Shown: in pieces, positions 49,969-58,942 of the stretch
Numbering within the stretch: the stretch's first letter is position 1
Layout of the letters: each line of letters opens with the position of its first letter
NCBI GenBank assembly: GCA_963830305.1
Contig: CAWHLW010000004.1
Coordinates: 73,867 to 137,866, forward strand
Direction: 5' to 3'
Source of the DNA: Candidatus Dormiibacterota bacterium
Lineage (GTDB): Bacteria; Chloroflexota; Dormibacteria; Aeolococcales; Aeolococcaceae
DNA length: 64,000 nt
The notes under the pieces: model-generated
The model's database searches: none
What the model saw: only the letters and a program-made list of their open reading frames with translations
What the model was told of the DNA's origin: nothing
Program-made: the position numbers and the translations under genes

Positions 49969-50448
49969 TCAGCGCTCCTGATGTCTCTTGTGGCGATGCG
50001 GGGATCGGGTCGGGTACGCGGTGACGAGCGTGAACCCGCCGGGCAGTTCGTCGTTGCGGCGCAGCACCAGGCGGACGGCGGTCACCTGCGTGGGGACCAC
50101 CACGCCTCGGCTCACCTCGGCGTAGGTGAGCACGTGACCGATCACCTCGCCCATGTCCTCGACGAAGGTGAACGGTGCGCCCTTGTCCCTGCCGGCAAGC
50201 CACGCGGTGATGTCCGAGCTGCGCCGCGTCACCGCGATGTCGACGCAGCGCTGCGCGGTGGCGCGGCTGACGAAACGACCGGCTGCGGCCACGCCCTCGC
50301 GGAGGATGCGGCGCATCTCGTCGCCCGGCCGCGTTTCGACGTGGCGGCGCAGCGTGTGGCCGCCACGCCCCTCGTAGACGCTGAGGTCCTCGACCGGGAT
50401 CCGGCGAGGGCGTGGCCCCAGACCCGGCCGGTCAATGCCATCGAGCAT
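49969..50448 (-). CDS. Stand-alone bacterial RNase A-like toxin domain (CdiA-CT RNase A family)
   Basis: ATG at 50448 with GGAGG 7 nt upstream. GGHTLRRHV catalytic-His motif and a C-terminal LVTAYP. Only about 25 aa precede the domain. Confidence 0.7.
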   Translation of the reverse strand: MLDGIDRPGLGPRPRRIPVEDLSVYEGRGGHTLRRHVETRPGDEMRRILREGVAAAGRFVSRATAQRCVDIAVTRRSSDITAWLAGRDKGAPFTFVEDMGEVIGHVLTYAEVSRGVVVPTQVTAVRLVLRRNDELPGGFTLVTAYPTRSPHRHKRHQER

Positions 50449-50539
50449 GTCTCTGTCCTCCCGCGCGTGGCGATGAGCGGCAGATGTGTGCCGCGATGCG
50501 CCGCAGTCTCTCCGGGCTCGGCGGACACGGCACAGACGT

Positions 50540-50567
50540 TTGACCGGACGGGTCGCGAACGCATAAT
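50540..50567 (+). promoter_or_regulatory. Sigma-70-type promoter for tdh-kbl (short or no leader)
   Basis: TTGACC (50540-50545), 16-nt spacer, CATAAT (50562-50567), then 9 nt to the GTG at 50577. Confidence 0.4.
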
Positions 50568-50576
50568 CACGGCGCC

Positions 50577-51605
50577 GTGCTCGCAATCCTCAAGCCGACG
50601 CCTGCGCCCGGGTTCGTGATCGGCGACGTTCCAATGCCGTCACCCGCGGCCGGCCAGATCCTGCTTCGCGTCGCCGCCGCATCGGTCTGCGGCACCGACG
50701 TGCATCTCTACGACTGGAACCCGTGGGCCGCGGCACGCGTGCACCCACCGCGCGTGGTGGGTCACGAGGTCTGCGGCGAGGTGGTCGCATGGGGTGACGG
50801 CGTCCAGGGACCACCCATCGGGACCAGGGTCGCGGTCGAGTCGCACATCGTCTGCGGCCACTGCGACGAGTGCCGGCGCGGCGATTTTCACGTCTGCGAG
50901 AACACGCGGATTCTCGGTGTCGATGTCGACGGGGCATTTGCGACTCATCTCGTCGTCCCGGCCGCGAACGTGTGGCCGGTCGGCGATGCAGTTCCCCCTG
51001 ACGTCGCCGCAGCCATGGAACCGTTCGGCAACGCCGTGCACGCCTGCTCGTACGGCGATCTCGCCGGGCGCACGGTCGTTGTGTTCGGCTGCGGTCCGAT
51101 CGGCTGCGCGGCGATCGCCGTCGCCCGCGCCCAGGGTGCGGCGCGGGTCGTGGGCGTCGATCGCAACGCGTACCGTCTCGACCTCGCCGAGCGCATGGGT
51201 GCAAACGCGATCGTCCGCGCGACCGACGACGCGGTGGACAGCGCGGTGCGTCAAGCCGCCGGCGATGCCATCGACTGCGTGCTCGAGATGAGCGGATCGC
51301 CGGTCGCGGTGGCCTCGGCGACGCGCCTGGTGCGTCCCGGGGGCTGGATCAGCCTGCTCGGGATCGGCGACGGGCCGGATGTCGTCGACCTCTCCAGCGA
51401 CGTCGTCATGAAGGGTCTCAGCCTCTACGGCATCGCCGGCCGGCGCATCCCCGAGACCTGGGAACAGGTTACCGCGTACGTTCGAGACGGCGTTATCGAC
51501 GTGCCCACGCTGATCACACACCACTTCGCCCTCCACGAGATCGATGGCGCGATCGCGCTGATGAAGTCGGGTCAGTGCGGCAAGGTGACGCTCACCCCTG
51601 AGTAG
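50577..51605 (+). CDS. tdh: L-threonine 3-dehydrogenase
   Basis: 342 aa. ASVCGTDVHLYDWNPWA, GHEVCGEV and a structural Zn Cys cluster (CGHCDECRRG). It is followed by kbl. Confidence 0.88.
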   Translation: MLAILKPTPAPGFVIGDVPMPSPAAGQILLRVAAASVCGTDVHLYDWNPWAAARVHPPRVVGHEVCGEVVAWGDGVQGPPIGTRVAVESHIVCGHCDECRRGDFHVCENTRILGVDVDGAFATHLVVPAANVWPVGDAVPPDVAAAMEPFGNAVHACSYGDLAGRTVVVFGCGPIGCAAIAVARAQGAARVVGVDRNAYRLDLAERMGANAIVRATDDAVDSAVRQAAGDAIDCVLEMSGSPVAVASATRLVRPGGWISLLGIGDGPDVVDLSSDVVMKGLSLYGIAGRRIPETWEQVTAYVRDGVIDVPTLITHHFALHEIDGAIALMKSGQCGKVTLTPE

Positions 51606-51627
51606 CGCTCGGGGTATCGTTGAACGC

Positions 51628-52860
51628 ATGGTGACCAGCGCAGACGCGTCGCAGGCGGTCCAAGCACTCGACGCATCACTCAACGAGGATCTCGACGCGC
51701 TGCGTCGCGATGGATTGTTCCGGCCGCTGCGCGTGCTCCAGTCAGCGCAGGGCCCTGAGGTCGAAATCGCCGGCAAGGCGGTGATCAGCCTGTCCAGCAA
51801 CAACTATCTCGGCCTCAACACGCATCCGCGGCTGGTCGAGGCGGCCTCGCGTGCGGCACTCGAATGGGGCGCGGGCACGGGTGCGGTGCGCACCATCGCC
51901 GGCACGCAGACGCTGCACGAGGAATTGGAGCGCCGCCTCGCGGCATTCAAGCGCACCGAAGCATCGCTGACATTCCAGAGCGGCTATGCCGTGAACATCG
52001 GTGTCATCGGCTCGATGCTCGATCAAGGTGACTGCGTCGTGAGTGACAAGCTCAACCACGCGAGCATCATCGACGGCATCCGGTTGACCAAGGCCGATCG
52101 GATCCTCTACGAGCACGCCGACCCCGATGACGCGGAACGTGCGCTCAGTGAGGCGCGCGGCAAGGGATATCGGCGCATTCTGCTGGTCACCGACGGCGTC
52201 TTCAGCATGGACGGCGATATCGCGCCGCTCCCACAGCTGGTCGAGCGCGCGGAGCAATACGGCGCGGCGGTGATGGTGGATGACGCGCACGCGACCGGTG
52301 TGCTCGGCACCAATGGCCGGGGCACCACCGATCACTTCGGTCTGCACGGCAGAGTCGCGCTCAACATCGGCACGCTGAGCAAGGCGATCGGCGTCGTGGG
52401 CGGCTATGTCGCGTCGTCGCAGATCGTCCGGGACCACCTGATCCACAAGGCGCGGCCGTTCCTCTTCTCCTCATCGCATCCACCCGCGGTGGTCGCCGCG
52501 TGTATCGCCGCAGTGGATGTGCTCGAGCAGGAGCCGCAGCTCATGGAGCAGCTCTGGAGCAACACGCGCCACTTCAAGAGCGGACTTCGCGAGCTCGGTT
52601 TCGACATCGGCGACAGCGAGACCCCGATCACTCCTGTGATGTGCGGCGAGGCTCCGGTCGCGATGCAACTCTCCGACATGCTCCTCGAACGCGGAATCTT
52701 CGCCCAGGGCATCGGCTTTCCCACTGTCGCGCGAGGCAGGGCGCGGGTCCGCACGATCGTCTGCGCGACCCACACCCACGAGCAACTCGACCGGGCGCTG
52801 CTCGCCTTCGAAGAGGTCGGCACGCGGCTCGGGCTGATCGGAGGACGCCCGCAGGCGTAA
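51628..52860 (+). CDS. kbl: Glycine C-acetyltransferase (2-amino-3-ketobutyrate CoA ligase)
   Basis: Alpha-oxoamine synthase family: NNYLGL, DDAHATGVLG and PLP-Lys GTLSKAIG. Confidence 0.9.
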   Translation: MVTSADASQAVQALDASLNEDLDALRRDGLFRPLRVLQSAQGPEVEIAGKAVISLSSNNYLGLNTHPRLVEAASRAALEWGAGTGAVRTIAGTQTLHEELERRLAAFKRTEASLTFQSGYAVNIGVIGSMLDQGDCVVSDKLNHASIIDGIRLTKADRILYEHADPDDAERALSEARGKGYRRILLVTDGVFSMDGDIAPLPQLVERAEQYGAAVMVDDAHATGVLGTNGRGTTDHFGLHGRVALNIGTLSKAIGVVGGYVASSQIVRDHLIHKARPFLFSSSHPPAVVAACIAAVDVLEQEPQLMEQLWSNTRHFKSGLRELGFDIGDSETPITPVMCGEAPVAMQLSDMLLERGIFAQGIGFPTVARGRARVRTIVCATHTHEQLDRALLAFEEVGTRLGLIGGRPQA

Positions 52861-52920
52861 CGCCATGACCTCAACACGCTTCTGCGAGTTGCTCCCTTCG
52901 CGCGCTGGGCAGCGATAGCA

Positions 52921-53502
52921 ATGGCACATCGCACCGCTGCCGAGCTCGAGGAGGAGCGGCTGGAGATCCTGGCCGCGCAGCGTGACCGAGCGGCGTTCGC
53001 GCCGCTCTACGAGCGCTACGTCGATCAGATCCACGCCTACGTCTACACACTCACCCGCGACATGGAGCAGGCCGACGACGTGACCGCAGCAACGTTTGCC
53101 AAGGCGATGGAGGAACTCCCACGCTTCGAATGGCGCGGCGTTCCGTACTCTGCCTGGCTCTATCGCGTCGCCGGCAACCTGGTGTCGAGGGAGCGCCGCC
53201 GTCCGGGGTGGATCGAGCTCGAACCACGCATGCTCCCCGACGCCGGCGCCGATCCCGCGTTGCACGCGGAGGAGAACGATCGTGCCGACGAGGTGCGCGC
53301 CGCGGTTGCCGGACTGCCCCACGACCAGCGTCAGGCGATCCTGCTTCGCTTCGGCGGTGACCTGCCCAATCGCGAGATCGCCGAGATCATGGGACGGAGT
53401 GAAGGAGCGGTGAAGCTGCTCACCTTCCGGGCGCTGACGTCGCTGCGCAGGCGTCTCGGCGCACCGATGCCGGCAGAACGTCTGTCGAGGTCGGGATCGT
53501 GA
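52921..53502 (+). CDS. ECF (group IV) sigma-70 factor
   Basis: Region 2 (FAPLYERYVDQIHAYVY, WLYRVAGN) and region 4 (LPHDQRQAILLRFGGDLPNREIAEIMGRSEGAVK). Confidence 0.88.
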   Translation: MAHRTAAELEEERLEILAAQRDRAAFAPLYERYVDQIHAYVYTLTRDMEQADDVTAATFAKAMEELPRFEWRGVPYSAWLYRVAGNLVSRERRRPGWIELEPRMLPDAGADPALHAEENDRADEVRAAVAGLPHDQRQAILLRFGGDLPNREIAEIMGRSEGAVKLLTFRALTSLRRRLGAPMPAERLSRSGS

Positions 53503-53834
53503 ACGTTGAAGATCGCCTCGACGCCGCGCTCGATGGCGACATGCTCTTTTTCGCCGCGGCGCCGGAAGTTTCGGCCCTGGTCGAGACCGGCGACGAGATC
53601 GGCAGCGCTCTCGCGGCCTGGACGTTGCACCCCGCGCGGCGAGCCGAGATCTACGCGGCGGCGCTCGCGATCGCGGATGCAGCCGGTTTCGGCGAACGCG
53701 TTCGGGCGCTCGGGCTCGACCGCCGGGTGCAGGCGGTCGCCGGTGGGGCCGTCGTCACGCTTGCCGCGGCGGCGGCTGTCGGGGTCGCCATCGCTCGTGG
53801 CAGGCGGCACACCGAAGCGCCGCTCGGCGCCTGA
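53499..53834 (+). CDS. Putative cognate anti-sigma factor (single-pass membrane protein)
   Basis: GTGA overlap with the sigma gene. One C-terminal TM helix (AVAGGAVVTLAAAAAVGVAIA). Confidence 0.5.
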   Translation: MNVEDRLDAALDGDMLFFAAAPEVSALVETGDEIGSALAAWTLHPARRAEIYAAALAIADAAGFGERVRALGLDRRVQAVAGGAVVTLAAAAAVGVAIARGRRHTEAPLGA

Positions 53835-53839
53835 GCGCT

Positions 53840-54016
53840 GTGACGGACCACGAGCCGGAGATTCCCGATGCCGAGCGCGAGCGCATCCGCCAGCGGGATC
53901 GCAAGCGCGAGCGCCGCATGGTCGTCGACAACTCGGGCATCAAGCGAGTGCTCCCGGCGGTGGCCGAGAAGCGCCGCAAGGCAGCCCAGGCGCCGCCTCA
54001 GGACTCGGAGAGCTGA
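53840..54016 (+). CDS. Possible 58-aa Arg/Glu-rich small protein
   Basis: GTG ORF (VTDHEPEIPDAERERIRQRDRKRERR...). Its 3' end overlaps the convergent anti-sigma gene by 19 nt. The support is weak. Confidence 0.25.
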   Translation: MTDHEPEIPDAERERIRQRDRKRERRMVVDNSGIKRVLPAVAEKRRKAAQAPPQDSES

Positions 54017-54690
54017 CCGCTCAGGACTTCCATGTTGGAGGGAGTCGGGCTGCCTCCGGCGGGCTCGACGGTGGCGGCGATGCTCTTGTACCCGGCCAGG
54101 CTTCCCGGGATGACCGCCGTCCACGCTCCGCCGGCCGGCGCGCGGCTGAGGAACGCGACCCCCTTGGGTGAGCCCTGCGGTGGGATGAGCCACACCTCGT
54201 AGGTGCTGGTACTGGGAAGCGCCTGGAGCCCGGTCACGGTCAGCACCGCCGGTGTCCCGCCGGAGTTGACGTCGAGGGTTCCCGTCGCAGTCGTTCCCGA
54301 GACGGTGTACGCGACCGGCGCCTCGGAGCCCATCCTGCCGGTAGCGCCCCAGATCCCGAAGGCGATTGCCGCGATCACCGCGGCGGCTCCCACCGCCGTG
54401 AAGGTTCGGCTCGCGGGAATCGCATCGATCAGCCGCCGCCACCACGACACCGGCGGCGACGCGGTTGCCTCCGCATAGACCTGGGCCATGAGGTTGCGGC
54501 GCAGACGGGCGGCCGGGGGCTCGACGTCGAGTGCGGACGGCAGCAACGACGCGAGGTCGGCATATTCGGCCGCCGTGTGCCGGCAGGCCGCGCAGGTCGT
54601 CAGGTGGCGCTCCATCGCGTCTCGATCCGACGGCTCGAGCGCGCCGACGGCCTCGAGCGCGAGGAGGTCGGCGACCTCGTCGTGGCTCAT
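53998..54690 (-). CDS. Anti-sigma factor (zf-HC2 N-terminus, TM, RskA-like extracytoplasmic domain)
   Basis: HLTTCAACRH zinc-finger motif, a TM helix (FTAVGAAAVIAAIAFGIWG) and an RskA-type C-terminus (YEVWLIP). The ATG at 54690 overlaps the sigma stop (ATGA). Alternative ATG at 54702. Confidence 0.8.
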   Translation of the reverse strand: MSHDEVADLLALEAVGALEPSDRDAMERHLTTCAACRHTAAEYADLASLLPSALDVEPPAARLRRNLMAQVYAEATASPPVSWWRRLIDAIPASRTFTAVGAAAVIAAIAFGIWGATGRMGSEAPVAYTVSGTTATGTLDVNSGGTPAVLTVTGLQALPSTSTYEVWLIPPQGSPKGVAFLSRAPAGGAWTAVIPGSLAGYKSIAATVEPAGGSPTPSNMEVLSGQLSES

Positions 54691-55262
54691 TGGGTCTGCC
54701 ATGGCGTCTCCAGACGGTCGGCGAGGGTGGTGCGCAGCTTGTCGAGCGCGATCCGGACCCGTCCTTTGACGGTGCCGAGCGGTACCTCCATCGCGGTGGC
54801 GATCTCGGACTGCGAGTATCCGCCGTAGTAGGCGAGCTCGATGGTCTGGCGTTGCTCGTCGGGAAGCTCGGAGAGCGCCTTGCGGACCTCCTCGCCGCTC
54901 AACTCGAGAGCGACGGCCGCCCACGGGTCGCTGACCGCCGGCTCGATCGATTCGCCCTCGATGGGTGTGTCGAGCCGCTGCCGGGTCCGGTCGCCGCGCA
55001 ATCGATCGATCGCGCGGTTGCGGACGATGGTGCAGATCCACGATCGGAGCGATCCGCGGCCCGGCTGGAAGGTCGAGCCACGCCGCCAGACGGCCAGGAA
55101 CGACTCCTGCACCACGTCCTCGGCCGCGCCTCGGTCACTCAGGATGCGCAGAGCGACGGTGTGGGCGAGGCCTCCGTAACGGTCATACAAAGCTTCGATC
55201 CCCTCGGGCGAATGGGCAGAGATCGAGCGGACAATGTCGTCGTCACTCAGGTGCACTCTCAT
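54687..55262 (-). CDS. ECF sigma factor (SigK-like)
   Basis: Region 2 (EDVVQESFLAVWR, WICTIVRNRAID) and region 4 (LPDEQRQTIELAYYGGYSQSEIATAMEVPLGTVKGR). Confidence 0.88.
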   Translation of the reverse strand: MRVHLSDDDIVRSISAHSPEGIEALYDRYGGLAHTVALRILSDRGAAEDVVQESFLAVWRRGSTFQPGRGSLRSWICTIVRNRAIDRLRGDRTRQRLDTPIEGESIEPAVSDPWAAVALELSGEEVRKALSELPDEQRQTIELAYYGGYSQSEIATAMEVPLGTVKGRVRIALDKLRTTLADRLETPWQTQ

Positions 55263-55367
55263 GCTCCGACACGCGCTCGGGGGTTGCGCATCTCCTGATA
55301 CGGACGTGCCCCGGCCCTCGGATCACTTTGGAACGCGTCATACGGACGCGGAGCCACGCGAGCGGCC

Positions 55368-56771
55368 TTAGGAGACTTTGACGCGGTTGCCGCGAACTCG
55401 GGCCGCCGTCGACTGAAGCAGCACGGGCTCGTCGGGCTGTTGAGCGACGATCGCGGCAGCGGTCGGCCTCAGGCTGGTTGCCGCCGGACCCTCGAAAACG
55501 ACCTTGACGGCACCGGCAGCAGTGCCTGCCTGAGCGATCGACAGCGCGGCGGCGTACTCATCGAGCGGGAACCGGTGGGTGACCACGCCATCGACGGGGA
55601 AGCTGGAATCGCTCAGCCACTCGCGGATCGTGCCGAAGGTGCGCTTGCCGTCCGGCTCGCGCCCGTACGAGGCGGCACCGCGCACCGTGAGCTCACGCGC
55701 CCAGATCAGCGACCACTCGATCTCGTGACGGCCGGAACGGCCGCAGAGGACGAGGGTGCCGCCGGCGCGGAGCAGGCGGACGGCCAGATCGATGCTCAGC
55801 GCCGAGGCGCGGCAGTCGAACACCACGTCCACCCCGCCGTCGAGGACCGGGAGACCGCCTCCGGCCGGGCGCATCACCCGCGCCTCCATGTGCTCGGCGG
55901 TCTTCTGGAGCATCTGCTCCGAGGAGCCGTGCCAGACCCGGTTCGCTCCGATCGAGCGGATCGCCATGAACGCGGCGTTCGGGTCCCCGTTGAGGGGAGC
56001 GCTCTCGCGATGACGCCGTCCCATCCTCGGGCGGGTGGTGCTCCGAGCATCGTGCAGCACGATGATGTCGAGATCGGGATGCAGGCGGCGGAGGGTTGCG
56101 ACGATCAGCCGGCTCAATGCCCCCGACCCGATGACGACAGCGGTGTCACCGCGGCGCGACCAGCGCAGGACCGCGTGGAGCGCCGTGGCCGCCGGCTCGG
56201 CGAGGACGCCGCGCTGATCGGAGATGCCGTCGGCCGGAACGAGCATGTCCTCGTGGACGAGGAACCCCTCGCTCCAGCCGCCGCCCGCCCGCTCGCTCGA
56301 GCCGACCGAACGGCCCGAGCACAGCGCCCCACCACGATCGGCGTTCTCGCAGAGATGGGTGTCGCCGGCCCGGCAGCGACGGCACTCCGCGAGGCCTTTA
56401 TGAGCGCAGCGCAGGGTTGGCTCGACCAGGACACGATCGCCCTCATGCGCCCAGCGAGTTGAGGAGGCGCGCTCCACCACGCCCACGACCTCGTGGCCGG
56501 GGATGAAGGTGCCGGCTGAGGCGTATGCGGTGAGGATGTTGGGCACCGGGTTCCGGTGCACGAGGGCGAGGTCGGTGCCACAGATGCCCGCCAGCGCCGG
56601 CCGGATGAGCACCCAGCCGGGTCCGGGAGGAACCGGAGTCCTGACGTCGCGCACCTCGACCGGAAGCGAAGAGCTCGGCTGCGTGCGCCGACGCCTGCCG
56701 CGACCCCGCCGCCCGGAGCCGGGGTCGATGAGGGTCGGGTCGACGACTAGCGCCCGCATCGGGCGTGCCAC
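55368..56771 (-). CDS. Zinc-binding MDR-family dehydrogenase with unusual Arg-rich insertions
   Basis: ICGTDL and GHEVVGVVE motifs and a C-terminal Rossmann region, with a basic low-complexity insert near the N-terminus (GRRGRGRRRR). Confidence 0.7.
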   Translation of the reverse strand: MARPMRALVVDPTLIDPGSGRRGRGRRRRTQPSSSLPVEVRDVRTPVPPGPGWVLIRPALAGICGTDLALVHRNPVPNILTAYASAGTFIPGHEVVGVVERASSTRWAHEGDRVLVEPTLRCAHKGLAECRRCRAGDTHLCENADRGGALCSGRSVGSSERAGGGWSEGFLVHEDMLVPADGISDQRGVLAEPAATALHAVLRWSRRGDTAVVIGSGALSRLIVATLRRLHPDLDIIVLHDARSTTRPRMGRRHRESAPLNGDPNAAFMAIRSIGANRVWHGSSEQMLQKTAEHMEARVMRPAGGGLPVLDGGVDVVFDCRASALSIDLAVRLLRAGGTLVLCGRSGRHEIEWSLIWARELTVRGAASYGREPDGKRTFGTIREWLSDSSFPVDGVVTHRFPLDEYAAALSIAQAGTAAGAVKVVFEGPAATSLRPTAAAIVAQQPDEPVLLQSTAARVRGNRVKVS

Positions 56772-56867
56772 AGGCTGAAATGGCCGCGAGCAAGCGCGGC
56801 AGTGAACTCTCTCATCGCCTCAAGTTGTGAGGATACCGTCGCTCACCCTTGCTGTGCAGCATTGACA

Positions 56868-58004
56868 ATGGGTCTGATGACCGATCAGCCGCCGCCTCCG
56901 AGCCCGCCCCCGGTTGGCGTGGGCGGATCTCCGCCCGGCTGGGGTTCGCCTCCACCAGGCTGGGGATCACCGCCGCCCGGCTGGGGGTCGCCGCCGCCGG
57001 GATGGGGATCGCCGCCTCCCGGGTGGGCTCAACCCCCGGCGTGGGGAGCCCCGCAGCCGGGTTGGAATCCGGGCTTCATGCCGTCTCAGGTGGGCTCCGG
57101 GCGTTTCCGCTCGCTGTCGGTGGGAGAGTGGCTCGACGCCACCTTCACGATGTACCGGCGCAATTTCGTTCTCATCGCGTCGATCAGCGCGGTTGTGCAA
57201 ATCCCGTATGCGCTGCTCACCTGGCTGCTCTTCGAGCTCACCGGGGTGGCAACCTTCGTGCGCTCACCGTTCGCGTCGCTGGGCAGCCAGACGATCACGC
57301 CGGCACAGGCGCAACAGCTCCTCAACTCGTATCTCGGTGTGCTCGCCGTCTCCGTCGGGCTGCTGCTGCTCAGCCTGCTGGTTGTCGTCCCGCTCGGAGA
57401 GGCGGCCACCACCCGGGCGGTGAGCGATCGATACCTCGATCGGCCGAGCTCGCTGCTCTCCGCATACAGCGCCGCATGGGGCCGTCTCCGTTCGCTCGTT
57501 GCGATGATCCTCATCCTCGTCCTCGCCTATGCGGGCACGTTCGCCGTGGTGATCGCGTTCGCCGCGTTGCTCGGTGCCGTCGGGGCAGGGGGTCTTGGGG
57601 CGCTGCTGGCGGTGCTCGCCTTCCTCGCGCTGATTCCGGTCCTGATCATGGTCTACGTGCGAACCGTCGTTGCCGTCCCGGCGATCGTTCTCGAGCGAGT
57701 GTCCGGCTGGGGCGGCCTGAAGCGGAGCTGGCAATTGATCAGCGGACGCTTCTGGCCGACCTTGGGACGCATGGCGCTGCTCGCGATCATCACCGCGATC
57801 ATCTCCTCGGTGATCAGCGCCATCTTCGAAATTCCCGGATCGGCGCTCGACCCCAGCAACACCTTTGTCTTCGACCAGGTGGCGAGCGCGATCTCTGCCG
57901 TGTTCATCGCTCCGGTCACCTACATCGGGGTGACGTTGCTGTACTACGACATTCGGATCCGCAAAGAAGGCTTCGACATCGAGATGCTCGCACGGTCGCT
58001 GTGA
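56868..58004 (+). CDS. Membrane protein of the GDPD-membrane-domain (DUF7544-like) type with a Pro/Trp-rich repeat N-terminus
   Basis: From the ATG at 56868: five GSPPPGW repeats, then a multi-TM domain with a YYDIRIRKEGFD tail, typical of this family upstream of DUF4129/DUF4350/MoxR/DUF58. Confidence 0.65.
   Translation: MGLMTDQPPPPSPPPVGVGGSPPGWGSPPPGWGSPPPGWGSPPPGWGSPPPGWAQPPAWGAPQPGWNPGFMPSQVGSGRFRSLSVGEWLDATFTMYRRNFVLIASISAVVQIPYALLTWLLFELTGVATFVRSPFASLGSQTITPAQAQQLLNSYLGVLAVSVGLLLLSLLVVVPLGEAATTRAVSDRYLDRPSSLLSAYSAAWGRLRSLVAMILILVLAYAGTFAVVIAFAALLGAVGAGGLGALLAVLAFLALIPVLIMVYVRTVVAVPAIVLERVSGWGGLKRSWQLISGRFWPTLGRMALLAIITAIISSVISAIFEIPGSALDPSNTFVFDQVASAISAVFIAPVTYIGVTLLYYDIRIRKEGFDIEMLARSL
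56925..57065 (+). repeat. Tandem 21-nt coding repeat (GSPPPGW units, five good copies plus two degenerate ones)
   Basis: Direct reading: the units ggN tcN ccN ccN ccN ggN tgg are repeated in frame, with synonymous third-position variation. Confidence 0.85.
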
Positions 58005-58942
58005 GGCGTCTGCTCGTCGCGGTCGTTGCGGGCGCTGCGCTGTTCACCGTTGCGGGATCCACTGCGGCGCCGGCGCGGGCTGCCAGTCCGTGCGTGACGC
58101 TCGAGTTCCTGGCGTTGCTCGGTCGCGCGGACGGCGCGCTGACCGCGGTTCCTCCGCAACCTCCGGCGGCACTCACAGCGGTGACCGAGGCCGAGGGTCT
58201 CGCACCCGCGTCGACGGCGGATCTCGCCCCGATCATCGCGAACCTCACCGCCACGCCGCCCGGCGTTGCCGGCGCGAGGCAGCGGCTCGATCTCATCGTG
58301 ACCACCCTCGCGTTGCCCGCCGGGTCCGCATGCCACGTCGACTCGCAGTCTGCAGAGAACCTCCTGCACCAGGTGTACGCGTCCTCAGTTTTTGCCGATC
58401 TCGACCAGAATCAGCCTGCGTCGATCTTCGAGCGTATCGGCGCCGCGATCCAGTGGATCCTCACGCACCTGTTCGGCGTGCTCGGCCAGGGCGGCTCGAT
58501 CCTGCTCGGCCTGCTCGTGCTCGCTGCCATCGCCGCGTTCGTGATCTACCGGCTGCGCGGCGTCGCCGGCAGCCGTCGTGCGCACGTCGCGGATGAACCG
58601 GCCACCGCCGGTGATGACCCCGAGCGTGAGTGGACGCTCGCGCTCGCCGCGGCACAGCGCGGCGAGTATCGAGAAGCGATTCGACGTGCCTTCCGGTCGG
58701 CGCTGCTGGACATCGCCGAACGACGGGCGCCAGTCGATCGCGCCTGGACGACCCGCGAGATGCTCGCGACGCTGTCGACCGACGCGGATCTCCTCGCCGC
58801 GGTTGCTCCCGCTGCTGCCTCGTTCGACAAGGCCTGGTACGGCCGAGAAGCCGTCGGCGCTGATGACTGGGAGGTGGCGCGTGCCCGGTGTGAAGCCGTC
58901 CGGCGCGTCGCCCGCCGCGCCGCCGGGGCGCAGCACCAGTGA
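58001..58942 (+). CDS. DUF4129-domain protein
   Basis: The GTG at 58001 overlaps the upstream stop (GTGA). Signal peptide, a mid-protein TM helix, and a C-terminal TTREML...FDKAWYG pattern typical of DUF4129. Confidence 0.65.
   Translation: MRRLLVAVVAGAALFTVAGSTAAPARAASPCVTLEFLALLGRADGALTAVPPQPPAALTAVTEAEGLAPASTADLAPIIANLTATPPGVAGARQRLDLIVTTLALPAGSACHVDSQSAENLLHQVYASSVFADLDQNQPASIFERIGAAIQWILTHLFGVLGQGGSILLGLLVLAAIAAFVIYRLRGVAGSRRAHVADEPATAGDDPEREWTLALAAAQRGEYREAIRRAFRSALLDIAERRAPVDRAWTTREMLATLSTDADLLAAVAPAAASFDKAWYGREAVGADDWEVARARCEAVRRVARRAAGAQHQ

Noticed and set aside
56849-58000. N-terminal 384 codons of the 697-aa ORF 56849-58942
   Set aside because: It is an out-of-frame overlap with the membrane-protein gene 56868-58004, and its translation is Arg/Gly/Ala low-complexity. 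Only the part from the GTG at 58001 (signal peptide onward) looks real.
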